Translations under genes and position numbers: made by a program
Part shown: one piece after another, positions 36,483 through 50,244 of the stretch
Numbering within the stretch: the first letter of the stretch is position 1
Layout of the letters: every line of letters begins with the position of its first letter
Source: an uncultured Candidatus Bathyarchaeia archaeon
GTDB taxonomy: Archaea > Thermoproteota > Bathyarchaeia > Bathyarchaeales > DTEX01
NCBI GenBank assembly: GCA_964584965.1
Contig: CAZPBM010000018.1
Coordinates: forward strand, 6,287 to 70,286
DNA length: 64,000 nt
Reading direction: 5' to 3'
The notes under the pieces: generated by a model
What the model saw: the letters and a program-made list of their open reading frames with translations, nothing else
Databases searched by the model: none
Told to the model about the DNA's origin: nothing

Positions 36483-37952
36483 TTATTCTACATTCTTTCT
36501 TTCTTTGAAAAAATACCGGGTTTGTCCTAGGGTCTGTATGTTTAATGGTTTGATTTTAACTATAATGGGAAAGTCTTTTACGACTTTTCCAAGCACAAGG
36601 CAGTGGTGTGGCGGAAGGCCTCGGACAATTGACACCGCTGTTTCTGCATCAACTCTTGCAGCTCTTGAAACTATTTCTAAATCGTGTTCATTGACAAAAT
36701 TTAGTAGAAAAATGTTGTCTGCTTGGCGGTAAATGTTCTCGTTAATTGTGTTTGGCTGATTTGTCACAAAGGTCGTAAATAAGCCATAATGTCTCATTCT
36801 CGTGACTGCATCGTCCCAATACGTTTCCCTAAGATAAAGGTGAGCCTCTTCAGCGAATAAGAATGCCGCCCTAATTTTCCATTGAGAAAGAATTTCCTGA
36901 AGTTTCGCTAGAACAAATTCAACCACAATCTGTCTATCAGTCGGCGACGTATCGCTTAGGTTTATAACTACTGCCCCTCCACCATTACTTTCAGTTTTCT
37001 TTAAAAGCGCCTCAAGATCTACAGCTTCAGCCATGTTGTCTGTGAAAAACCCAGAATGAACCATGGCGTAATAGCGTGAGTACATTGCATCTCGGACATG
37101 CTGGTTACACTTCGAACGGTTGATAGCCCCGCCTAGCTCGTGCAGGGTTACTGTTCCGTTTTCTTCAAGAGCTCGCCAGATGTGACGGAATTCCCGAGCT
37201 GAAGTTCCAGGCAAATTGAGCGCGTAAGTAAGAATCCGCATTATGACATAGAGGTTTGTTTGATAAAGGGTAACCTTGAAGTTTTTACCAGGTGACAGAA
37301 CGTGGATTTTTTCAAAGTTCTCGTTTTTTGTGCCACCTTCTGATAAACCCAGATTTGTGTATTCGCCGTTGATGTCAAGGATTACAACTGTTGCTCCGTG
37401 GTGAACGAGACCTAAGACTAACAATTTTGAAAGATGCGACTTTCCTGTGCCTTTCTTTCCTGTGATTATGTTAAGCCGTCCATCCATCTCACAAGCATCA
37501 ATGCTTAAAGGCGCTTTATCGTGTGTCGTGCCTAAGTCGATTCGTAATCCTCTTGTGATGCCTGCCAAATTTAGCAGAGTTTCCGTTTGCAGCTTTTGCA
37601 CGATGGAATGTGTGCGAGATGGAAGCCAATTGTTGTCTGAATAAATTTTTCCATCAGCTAGGGTGCCATATATCTTACAGATAAGTAATCTTGCATCTTG
37701 AATGTAGAGTATGTGCGACATAATGTCAAGTGGGTCAGAATCTTCGCCTTGAGCTGCCTCGTCTGTGTTAGGTGAACGAAGAAGTTCCTCTATCACTCCT
37801 GGCACGTTGGCAAACTGGATGTCTATAACTTGGGCAATCATGGATTTTCCTACTTTCTTGTCTTCGATGATTAGGTAGCCTCCCTTTTCTACATCTTCGC
37901 CCGGAAAACTCAATACGTGCAAAGTGTTTCCGACTTTTTTATAAATTCGCAT
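36483..37952 (-). CDS. herA: HerA/DUF87 family ATPase
   Basis: Walker A GKKGTGKS, Walker B FLFAEEAH, RMRHYG, TNQP; ATG at 37952, 2 nt after the nurA stop. Confidence 0.85.
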   Translation of the reverse strand: MRIYKKVGNTLHVLSFPGEDVEKGGYLIIEDKKVGKSMIAQVIDIQFANVPGVIEELLRSPNTDEAAQGEDSDPLDIMSHILYIQDARLLICKIYGTLADGKIYSDNNWLPSRTHSIVQKLQTETLLNLAGITRGLRIDLGTTHDKAPLSIDACEMDGRLNIITGKKGTGKSHLSKLLVLGLVHHGATVVILDINGEYTNLGLSEGGTKNENFEKIHVLSPGKNFKVTLYQTNLYVIMRILTYALNLPGTSAREFRHIWRALEENGTVTLHELGGAINRSKCNQHVRDAMYSRYYAMVHSGFFTDNMAEAVDLEALLKKTESNGGGAVVINLSDTSPTDRQIVVEFVLAKLQEILSQWKIRAAFLFAEEAHLYLRETYWDDAVTRMRHYGLFTTFVTNQPNTINENIYRQADNIFLLNFVNEHDLEIVSRAARVDAETAVSIVRGLPPHHCLVLGKVVKDFPIIVKIKPLNIQTLGQTRYFFKERKNVE

Positions 37953-37954
37953 TT

Positions 37955-39049
37955 TTAGTCCTCGAAGCCTGTGCCGTATGGTCCAAACAGTGTCTTTCGC
38001 ATGTTGTTTCGGGGAACAATTTTTAACCCATACTCGTGCGCAAGAAAACTTTGAATGCCGATAACGTCGTTTGCCGTGAAGGTTGAATAGATATGAGCTA
38101 AGCGAAGGCATTCTGGATATCCTTGGAACAAAAGTTCATTGCCAAGAAGTTTTTGAACAGCCATTATGCCATCTTCCTTGGAGAGACTTTTGTCGATATC
38201 TAAGCGGAAGGCAGAACCACCTGGCGCTAGATTAGCTACGTAGATCCTTCCAAGCAAATGTGCATTTTTTGTTATGGACAATGGTAACTCGTCCACCTCG
38301 AAGAGGCATGGCGGTTCATGATTCACAACAATGTCCGTTATTTTCCAGCCCAGAAACCTGATTGTTGTAACCTTGGTGAAAGCGAGAATAGCATTTTCGT
38401 GTTTTCTTGCCGTTTTCAGAATGTATGAAACCTCGTTAGCCATATTTCCAGAATTTCCTGCAGTTAAGGAACCGTCCCAAAGGATGATGCTTCCAGCTGC
38501 ATGATATGCGATGGTTGTTTGAATCAATTTTTCCACGTGATTGCATAATTTTCCAATCACTTCAAACAAAGGCATGCGGCTAATGTTTGCTTCTGGCAAT
38601 GTGCCCTTTTCAAAGTGGTTGAAGAGTTCTTGTCTGTTTTCTTCTGTGATGTGAAAAGGAAATGGGCCAATTCTGAGATATCTGTATTTTTGGTTTAGAT
38701 TCCACACGATTGCGCCTCTGACTGCGCATAGGATTCCGGTCTCTGTTTCTCCAAGCTTTATGCCAGATACGTCTATTCCGACGATCGGTGTTTGGTCTTC
38801 GATGGCTGTTAAAGGCGTCAAAAGAGTTGATAGTGATTTTCTTTCAAGGGTCTGGTGGAAAACTTGTTGGTTATTTGGTTCTAGGTGTTCAAGAAGATGT
38901 GTTTCGAATGGCTGAAGTGTTTTTTCTCTAACATTGTACATTGTGTGTAGACTTGCTTCTGTAAGTTTTTTGCTTAGTTCCGTTTCTCGCATGATTGGTG
39001 GAAAGTTATATCTTGGTGTTATTGTATATTGTAATTGTTCAATCATCAA
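37955..39049 (-). CDS. nurA: NurA family nuclease
   Basis: IVGIDVS, ILWDGSL, FTKVT, GYPECLRLAHIYSTFT. Confidence 0.8.
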   Translation of the reverse strand: MMIEQLQYTITPRYNFPPIMRETELSKKLTEASLHTMYNVREKTLQPFETHLLEHLEPNNQQVFHQTLERKSLSTLLTPLTAIEDQTPIVGIDVSGIKLGETETGILCAVRGAIVWNLNQKYRYLRIGPFPFHITEENRQELFNHFEKGTLPEANISRMPLFEVIGKLCNHVEKLIQTTIAYHAAGSIILWDGSLTAGNSGNMANEVSYILKTARKHENAILAFTKVTTIRFLGWKITDIVVNHEPPCLFEVDELPLSITKNAHLLGRIYVANLAPGGSAFRLDIDKSLSKEDGIMAVQKLLGNELLFQGYPECLRLAHIYSTFTANDVIGIQSFLAHEYGLKIVPRNNMRKTLFGPYGTGFED

Positions 39050-39100
39050 TATTCACCAATTTACAATTAATGTGTGATGTTGATATATAAATGTTGCGCA

Positions 39101-39115
39101 TGTTCAACTTGAACA
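39101..39115. promoter_or_regulatory. Operator-like palindrome just downstream of a TATA box
   Basis: TGTTCAA-C-TTGAACA; TATATAAA at 39084-39091. Confidence 0.55.
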
Positions 39116-39146
39116 ATTCAATAATCAATAATATTCAACAATAAAC

Positions 39147-39623
39147 ATGACAAAGACAACGTGTGATTGCCATATGACAAGTGAGATCGAAGGAAAACCG
39201 GACACGACAAAACCTCTCGTTCACATAAAAATGAAAGTTGGAAACATCGAATTCGAGCTTGACTGTAGAGAAGACCAAGTTCAGGAACTAGTGCAGAAAA
39301 TTTTAGCAAGCGCAACTGAATATGCCGGCAAGACCGTTAACGTTCCGATTGAAAGAACTTCTTCTCCAGTAAGGGCTGATACGTGCAGAGATATTGCGGA
39401 AAGACTTTGGAATGAAGGTTTCTTTTCTGAGCCAAAATTGCTAGGTGACGTGCACGAGGAGATGACGAGAATAGGTTATCACTTTGACCGAACAGCGGTT
39501 TCACATGTTCTCCGAGACATGGTTAGAGACGGCATCATAACAAGAGAAGGAAAGCCTCGCGGCTATTTATATGTGCAAAAACGTCCACCTATGCCAACTC
39601 CAGTTTCAAGTTCTGTCAGCTAA
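39147..39623 (+). CDS. Winged-HTH protein with N-terminal beta-beta-alpha module
   Basis: IKMKVGNIEFELDC; LWNEGFFSEPK...AVSHVLRDMVRDGIITREG..RGYLY. Confidence 0.7.
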   Translation: MTKTTCDCHMTSEIEGKPDTTKPLVHIKMKVGNIEFELDCREDQVQELVQKILASATEYAGKTVNVPIERTSSPVRADTCRDIAERLWNEGFFSEPKLLGDVHEEMTRIGYHFDRTAVSHVLRDMVRDGIITREGKPRGYLYVQKRPPMPTPVSSSVS

Positions 39624-39648
39624 AGGAAATTTTGTTTCTATTTGAGAA

Positions 39649-40233
39649 ATGATAGCTATGTCTGAAAGAAGCTTAGAAACCAACGAATCTCGAGATGCAA
39701 TAGTTTTGGTTGTCGCTCATTGCGTCTTGAACCAAAGTACGAGGTGGTGGCAAAAAGGGCAAAACGTAAAAAGAAACCTTGGTCCTGTTTACGAAATCTT
39801 GCGTTTCTTATCCGAGGAAAAAATTGGAGTTTTTCAATTGCCATGCCCAGAGTACACGTTTCTGGGAAATCCTCGTCCCCCGGCGACAAAAGACTATTAC
39901 AAAAATTTACGAGGGTTTAAGGAACATTGTGAACAGTTAGCGGTCGATTCAGCTAAACACCTAAGTTTATTGGTTGAAAAGGGAAGAGAGCCGAAAACTG
40001 TTTTGCTTGCTGTCGTTGGTATAGAGAGGTCTCCTTGTTGTGGAGTAAATTGCACTCCAAGGAATATTGGTGGTGAAACAAAATACGAAAAGGAAAAAGG
40101 ATTATTTCTTGAGGCCTTATTCGAAGAATTGAAAAAATTTGGCCACACAATTCCCATGGTTGGATTGGACATGCATCAGCCAGATGATGTGTGCAGAAAA
40201 CTGGCTGCTCTCCTGAAGAGACACATTGAGTAA
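39649..40233 (+). CDS. DUF523/2-thiouracil desulfurase (TudS)-related Fe-S protein
   Basis: VAHCVLNQ, QLPCPE, GIERSPCCGV, GLFLEAL. Confidence 0.75.
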   Translation: MIAMSERSLETNESRDAIVLVVAHCVLNQSTRWWQKGQNVKRNLGPVYEILRFLSEEKIGVFQLPCPEYTFLGNPRPPATKDYYKNLRGFKEHCEQLAVDSAKHLSLLVEKGREPKTVLLAVVGIERSPCCGVNCTPRNIGGETKYEKEKGLFLEALFEELKKFGHTIPMVGLDMHQPDDVCRKLAALLKRHIE

Positions 40234-40311
40234 AAATTTGATTTAATAGCGTTTTGTTCCATCAGTCTTTCTCTAGCTTCTTTTCGGTGAAAAAACCTAC
40301 TGTTTGTGTAA

Positions 40312-40625
40312 GTTGTTGAGGGGGGAGGGGGTATATATAGTCGGGTCAGCTTTTTTGGCCATCTTACCTGTTCTTATTCTATGCAAATTGAAAACTTTTT
40401 TTCTTTATGTAGGCTTTGTGGATTTAAACGTTTCAGTTTGGTTTGATTTGTGTAGCATCGTTTTTCGATTTTTGTGCAGCTAATTGTTTTTCATACAGAT
40501 ACGGAAAATGGAGGCTATAAAGACAACATTGGTTATTTCTTATTCTTTTATATTGATTGTTTGTGTCCAGAATGGCGCACTTGACGGTTTTAACCTGTTA
40601 CTTTTTAATTCTTAAATGTTAAGAT
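40312..40625 (+). repeat. Dispersed intergenic element, copy B
   Basis: Head 46/51 identical to copy C; alignable with C to about 40488 and with A around 40555-40615. Confidence 0.8.
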
Positions 40626-41045
40626 GTTTCGCTGTTATGGCTTGAGGTCAGGAATAACGTGTTCATCTGGGGTTTTTGACAATTGTTTGCTTATCACTAA
40701 ATTATCTTGACTTTTTTGTTCAGAATTTTCTCAGCTTATCTTCTACAATCGTTTATCAGCTCCTTGAAGGTGAAATTTAGAATGGGTAAAAAACTAAAAA
40801 TCTTTGAGTTTCTCCCAAAATAAATCTATGTGAGACTTTTATTCGTCTTTTTGTTTGGAAAGCGGGAATGATAACATTTATTAACATCGTTTATCGTTTA
40901 CTCATTAGCTTTCAAAAACTGTGAAAACAATCATGGACTCCCACTTGGGCTGGGTGGCTACCGGTCCGTTGGAGGAAAAAACTCTGAAAAATAGAACCTG
41001 TAAACATTTAGTGTGTTCAAACCTTGAAGGGGGATTATTTTCAGT

Positions 41046-44000
41046 TTGATTAATGTTGATGATGCGTTTTTGGTGCAGAAGGCTCTCTTTGAAGAAAAAG
41101 GTTTAGTCAGGCAACATCTTGACTCTTATAATGAGTTTGTTGAACACGGTCTTCAGCAGGTGATAGACGAGGTTAGCGAAGTCGAAATTGAGGTTCCTGA
41201 AGGACCATACAAAATAAAATTTGGAAGAATTTTTATTGTCCGCGAAATCGAAAACGACGTAATTTACGGTCCTTACATAACTGAGGTAGATGGAACACGG
41301 CACGAAATTTACCCTATGGAAACAAGGCTTAGAAATCTTACTTACACGATGCCTCTTTCCGTGGAGATGACGCCTGTAATCGACGATAAGGAACTTGAGA
41401 AAGAACTTGTCTACATCGGCGACTTGCCAACGATGCTTAAGTCAAAATACTGTCTTCTTTCGGAGCTCAAAGATGATGAGCTGGTTAGGCAAGGCGAAGA
41501 CCCTCTTGACCCAGGCGGCTACTTTATTATTAATGGGTCTGAACGGGTCATCGTAGCCATTGAAGACTTGGCTCCCAACCGCATTCTAGTAGACATTGAC
41601 ACTAGAGGCGTCAATCCAGTGTACCAGGCAAAGGTTTTCTCTACAACAGTTGGGTTCAGAGCTCGAATAGAGCTCAGGCTTAAGTCTAACGGGACAATCC
41701 ACATTTCGGTTCCAGGAGTCCCATCTGAAATTCCATTCATAGTCATGATGAGGGCTTTGGGTCTACAATCTGACCGAGAAATTGCTGAGGCGGTTTCCGC
41801 AGATAAAATCATTCAAGGTGAACTTGAACCGTCATTCGAGATGGCTGCAGATGTCGAAACTACGGAGGACGCTCTTCTTTTCATCGGTAACAGGGTAGCT
41901 CACGGGCAAGTGAAAAGCTACAGGCTTATGAAAACAGAAACAATTATTGACAGAAACTTTCTGCCGCATGTCGGAAGAACAAAAGATAGCAGGAAAGACA
42001 AGGCTTACTTCCTTGGTGAAATGGCTTCTAGAGTCATTGAGTTGAAGATTGGACGACGAAAACCCGACGATAAAGACCACTTCAAAAACAAGCGGCTGAA
42101 GCTTGCTGGACCACTTCTCGCAGACCTATTCAGAGTAGCCTTCAGAAATCTGTGCCGTGATATTAAGTATCAGCTTGAAAGAATGGGACTTAAGAGAAGA
42201 ATGATAAGCGTCTCAATCGCTGTGAGACCTGGAATCATTTCAGATAAGCTTCAACACTCATTAGCAACTGGAAACTGGGGTAGAGGAAGAGTGGGAATCA
42301 CGCAGCTGCTTGATAGAACCAACATGATATCTGCCCACAGCCACCTGAGAAGACTGCAATCTCCACTCAGCCGCAGCCAACCAAACTTCGAGGCAAGAGA
42401 CCTTCACGCCACTCACTGGGGAAGACTTTGCCCAAACGAGACCCCTGAGGGCGCAAATTGCGGACTAGTGAAGAACCTTGCATTGTCAGCGTCAATATCC
42501 GTTGGATTGGATCAGGAAAAGGTAAAGCAGATGCTTTACAGAAGAGGCGCCATCCCATTAACCGAAGCCAACGAGACTCTTCGCGTTTCGGGTGCAAAGG
42601 TTTTTGTCGACGGCTGCCCAATTGGCTATCACATTTCTCCAATAGAATTTGTCAATAAGTTAAAAGAGGACAGAAGGAAAGGCACTATTTCATCTGATAT
42701 AAATGTTGCATATTTCTCTAAGGCTCACGGAGTAAACGAAGTTTATGTTAACTGCGACGAAGGGCGAGTTCGCCGAGCTCTCATAATTGTCGAGGACGGC
42801 AAGCCTAAGCTTGGCGACGAAGAGATGGTAAAGATCCGCTCTAAAGAGTGGAACTGGGAAGACCTCATCAAACGAGGTATTATCGAATACTTGGACGCTG
42901 AGGAGGAAGAAAACGCTTTAGTGGCCTTAACTCCAGAAGACATAACGATTGAGCATACCCACCTTGAAATTACTCCTTACTCGATTTTGGGAACTTGCGC
43001 GTCTTTGATTCCTTATGCAGAGCACAATCAGTCACCTCGAAACTCTTACGAATCCGCGATGTCGAAACAAGCATTAGGCATCTACGCCGTGAACTTTCCG
43101 TTAAGAGTGGATTCAAGGTCTCATGTACTTCATTATCCGCAAACTCCTGTTGTCCAAACAAAACCGTTAGACGTCATAGGATACAATCTTAGACCTTCTG
43201 GGCAGAATTGTATTGTAGCAGTTCTCTCGTACGAAGGCTATAACATGGAGGACGCCTTAATTTTTAACAAGGCATCTATAGAAAGAGGCGTGGCCCGTTC
43301 GACGTTTTATAGAATCTACGATGCTGAGTGCCGTCAATATTTGGGAGGTTTAAAAGACCGCCTAGTTATACCTGAGCCGGGAACTCGTGGATACCGTGGA
43401 GAACAATATTACCGTTTCATAGAAGAAGACGGAGTTGTGAATGTCGAGGCTGATGTTTCAGGCGGTGACGTGCTGATTGGCAGAATAAGCCCACCACGTT
43501 TTCTCGAGGAATACAAGGAATTCGAAATCAAAGGACCAACTATGAGGGATTCTTCTGTTGACATGAGGCCCTCAGAAAAAGGCACAGTTGACGCAGTTTT
43601 CATCTCTGAGACAAATGAAGGAAGCAAGCTTGTGAAAGTCAGAGTGCGGGATGAACGAATTCCAGAACTGGGAGATAAATTTGCCTCTCGCCACGGTCAA
43701 AAGGGCGTTATAGGAATGATTGTGCCACAAGAAAACATGCCCTTCAGCGTTGATGGCATTGTGCCAGACATCATCATTAATCCACACGCATTTCCCTCAA
43801 GAATGACCATTGGACAGTTTTTGGAATCGCTTGCAGGAAAGGTGGCATCTGCAAGAGGAGAAGTTATGGATGGAACCCCATTCATCAATAAGAAGGGTGA
43901 TGAGCTCAAACAAATGCTTATAGACCTTGGCTTCAGCTATACTGGGCGTGAAGTCCTTTATGATGGAATAACGGGAGAAAAGTACGTCACAGAAGTCTTC

Positions 44001-44408
44001 ATGGGCGTAATCTATTACCAGAAGCTGCATCACATGGTTGCTGACAAAATCCACGCGAGAGCAAGAGGACAAGTTCAAATGCTCACAAGGCAACCAACTG
44101 AGGGAAGAGCAAGAGGTGGCGGACTACGATTCGGTGAAATGGAAAGAGACTGCTTGATTGGACATGGTGCAGCTATGTTGCTTCGTGACAGACTCCTCGA
44201 GGAATCAGACAAATACGTTCTTTATGTCTGCGAAAACTGCGGTCTAATCGCATATTACGACATCAAACAGAGAAAGTACATTTGCCAGATCTGCGGAGAA
44301 CAATCACGTGTTTCACCAGTTCAAGTTTCATACGCTTTTAAGCTGCTGTTACAGGAGCTAATGAGCTTGTGTGTTACGCCTCGGCTGAGGCTTAAGGAGA
44401 GAGCCTAA
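41046..44408 (+). CDS. rpo2: DNA-directed RNA polymerase subunit B (Rpo2, unsplit)
   Basis: GGYFIINGSER, GDKFASRHGQKG, GGLRFGEMERD. Confidence 0.98.
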   Translation: MINVDDAFLVQKALFEEKGLVRQHLDSYNEFVEHGLQQVIDEVSEVEIEVPEGPYKIKFGRIFIVREIENDVIYGPYITEVDGTRHEIYPMETRLRNLTYTMPLSVEMTPVIDDKELEKELVYIGDLPTMLKSKYCLLSELKDDELVRQGEDPLDPGGYFIINGSERVIVAIEDLAPNRILVDIDTRGVNPVYQAKVFSTTVGFRARIELRLKSNGTIHISVPGVPSEIPFIVMMRALGLQSDREIAEAVSADKIIQGELEPSFEMAADVETTEDALLFIGNRVAHGQVKSYRLMKTETIIDRNFLPHVGRTKDSRKDKAYFLGEMASRVIELKIGRRKPDDKDHFKNKRLKLAGPLLADLFRVAFRNLCRDIKYQLERMGLKRRMISVSIAVRPGIISDKLQHSLATGNWGRGRVGITQLLDRTNMISAHSHLRRLQSPLSRSQPNFEARDLHATHWGRLCPNETPEGANCGLVKNLALSASISVGLDQEKVKQMLYRRGAIPLTEANETLRVSGAKVFVDGCPIGYHISPIEFVNKLKEDRRKGTISSDINVAYFSKAHGVNEVYVNCDEGRVRRALIIVEDGKPKLGDEEMVKIRSKEWNWEDLIKRGIIEYLDAEEEENALVALTPEDITIEHTHLEITPYSILGTCASLIPYAEHNQSPRNSYESAMSKQALGIYAVNFPLRVDSRSHVLHYPQTPVVQTKPLDVIGYNLRPSGQNCIVAVLSYEGYNMEDALIFNKASIERGVARSTFYRIYDAECRQYLGGLKDRLVIPEPGTRGYRGEQYYRFIEEDGVVNVEADVSGGDVLIGRISPPRFLEEYKEFEIKGPTMRDSSVDMRPSEKGTVDAVFISETNEGSKLVKVRVRDERIPELGDKFASRHGQKGVIGMIVPQENMPFSVDGIVPDIIINPHAFPSRMTIGQFLESLAGKVASARGEVMDGTPFINKKGDELKQMLIDLGFSYTGREVLYDGITGEKYVTEVFMGVIYYQKLHHMVADKIHARARGQVQMLTRQPTEGRARGGGLRFGEMERDCLIGHGAAMLLRDRLLEESDKYVLYVCENCGLIAYYDIKQRKYICQICGEQSRVSPVQVSYAFKLLLQELMSLCVTPRLRLKERA

Positions 44409-44409
44409 A

Positions 44410-48244
<3,835 letters not shown>

Positions 48245-48252
<8 letters not shown>

Positions 48253-48556
48253 TTTAGACACGTCGCTTACGATCGCTGTGAAAACTGGTAAAGTTTTATT
48301 TGGTTTAAACTCCACCTTAAACAGTGCTATGAGTGGGAAAGTTCAACTGGTTATCGCTGCGTCTAATTGTCCAAACAAAGTACGCGAAGACCTTGAACAT
48401 TACTGTAGAATTTCAAAGATCCCGTTTCTCGTATACCCGAAGACGGGCTTGGAGCTTGGAAGACTTTGCGGCAAGCCTTTTGTTGTTTCTGCTTTGGCGA
48501 TAAGAGATCCTGGAGACTCGGACATAGTGAAAAAAGTGGAGGAAGGTAATGTCTAA
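48245..48556 (+). CDS. rpl30e: 50S ribosomal protein L30e
   Basis: AVKTGKVLFG, LELGRLCGKPFVVSALAIRDPGDS; TTG start at 48245. Confidence 0.95.
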
Positions 48557-48986
48557 AGGCATAAAATTTACTAATCGCGAAATGAGGTACATCGCCCTTT
48601 TCGAAAGCATAACGGGTGCAACGGTGAGAGACTGCATTGTAGATGAAGACTTCGACAGAGTCATTTTCGTGATAAAAGAGGGCGATGTTGGTATGGCTAT
48701 CGGCAAACATGGAAAAAACATCTCGATGCTCGAGAAAATGACTGGAAAAAAACATGAAATTATCGAGTTCTCAGAGGATCCATCTCAATTTATCAAAAAC
48801 GCCTTGAAACCAGCTAAGATTAGGGAGATACGGATAACTGAGAAGCCTGATGGGAAAACTATAGCTGTAGTGTCGGTTGAGCCAAGAGACAAGGGAATCG
48901 CGATTGGAAAGAACGGGAAAAACGCTGAAAGAATCCGTTTTTTGGCAAAACGTTACTTCGACATAAACAATGTCTCAATTATGTAA
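48549..48986 (+). CDS. nusA: Archaeal NusA
   Basis: Two KH motifs (AIGKHGKNI, AIGKNGKNA); conserved operon position. Confidence 0.95.
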   Translation: MSKGIKFTNREMRYIALFESITGATVRDCIVDEDFDRVIFVIKEGDVGMAIGKHGKNISMLEKMTGKKHEIIEFSEDPSQFIKNALKPAKIREIRITEKPDGKTIAVVSVEPRDKGIAIGKNGKNAERIRFLAKRYFDINNVSIM

Positions 48987-49115
48987 CTCTATTCGCTAAA
49001 AATTTTTTAATAAATAACATCATGAACAAATAGAAATGTTTAAAAAATGGATTGATGTTTCGCAATAATGGAAAATCCATCGTAACAGCAAATTGTAAAG
49101 TGTAAAGGTGAAAAA

Positions 49116-49553
49116 ATGGGAAAATCGCCCAAAGGAATGTTTGCTGCTAGGAAACTGCAGCTAAAACGAAAGAAACTTCGCTGGAGTAAAATAGACTATA
49201 AACGTCGCATGCTTAGATTAGACATTAAATCTGACCCTCTTGAAGGATCACCCATGGCCAGGGGAATTGTTCTTGAAAAGGTCGGTCGTGAAAGCAAGCA
49301 GCCTAACAGCGCTATCAGAAAATGCGTTCGCACACAGCTCATCAAGAACGGTAAGGTCATCACTGCCTTCCTTCCTGGGGACGGAGCCTTAAATTGCGTT
49401 GATGAACACGACGAAGTAGTAGTTGAGGGCATCGGAGGTTCAAAAGGCGGAGCGTTAGGAGACATCCCAGGAATCAGATGGAAGGTAAGCACAGTAAACG
49501 GTGTCTCCTTGAAAGAGCTTGTGCTAGGCAGAAAAGAAAAACCTTTACGTTAA
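49116..49553 (+). CDS. rps12: 30S ribosomal protein S12
   Basis: [17 protein letters not shown]. Confidence 0.97.
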   Translation: MGKSPKGMFAARKLQLKRKKLRWSKIDYKRRMLRLDIKSDPLEGSPMARGIVLEKVGRESKQPNSAIRKCVRTQLIKNGKVITAFLPGDGALNCVDEHDEVVVEGIGGSKGGALGDIPGIRWKVSTVNGVSLKELVLGRKEKPLR

Positions 49554-49645
49554 GAAGCTAAGTAGAATACTAGCTCATCATCTACTATTTTCCCTTGTTA
49601 AAAAGCCTATGTAAAAAGCCTTGCCTTTCCTCTTTTAGCCTCTGT

Positions 49646-50119
49646 CTATGGTGAAGCAGGGGTCCAGGTCATCAGCGAGATCTTTTCGATAAATCTTGCT
49701 TTTTCACGTGTGTTGGCATATTCTATGGGAAAATGTTTCTTAACAGGCACAATTATTAAGTGCAGTATCTTGTTGTAGGTGTCATCCCAGATCTCGATCA
49801 TGTCCTTTTTAATTTGAAGTGTTGACCGAGCTTTTATTACATCATAAAGGTTATCGAAGTCTGGACCTGTTCTAGAAAGAAGGATGCGATCCTCAAGTTT
49901 CACCGCATATATGTCCATGTTTTCAACTTGAATGAATCGAACTACAAGGTCGTAGATGTAGTTCAGGTCAGTCTTAATGTCAGTTATGGCGCCATAATTG
50001 CTGTCAGATCTGAGGAAACTTTTAACCAGTGTCCTAACGAGGATAGAGACGTCCATAGTCTGCTCTGGAAATTCGCCTTCAATTTTCTTTTTAAGAGACG
50101 AGTTACCCTCAGCTGACAT
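49646..50119 (-). CDS. Hypothetical protein
   Basis: 157-aa ORF, globular composition, upstream TTTATATA box. Confidence 0.65.
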   Translation of the reverse strand: MSAEGNSSLKKKIEGEFPEQTMDVSILVRTLVKSFLRSDSNYGAITDIKTDLNYIYDLVVRFIQVENMDIYAVKLEDRILLSRTGPDFDNLYDVIKARSTLQIKKDMIEIWDDTYNKILHLIIVPVKKHFPIEYANTREKARFIEKISLMTWTPASP

Positions 50120-50244
50120 CTGAGGCCCACTTCGAGATTTTTGACCTTATATAAACAGTGACTGTTTTTAAATAAAACATTTGCCATAATTGAATTTCTA
50201 AACTGTTTGAAAAATCATGTGAAATGTAGAAAAGGTGAAGGCAT

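Noticed and set aside
37953..38111. N-terminal extension of HerA in the ORF track
   Set aside because: Overlaps the nurA 3' end; ATG at 37952 right after the nurA stop is more plausible
40312..40345. G-string as a canonical ORB of a replication origin
   Set aside because: No TCCA-N-TGGAA-type ORB inverted repeat and no orc1/cdc6 gene in the window; kept only as a loose hypothesis
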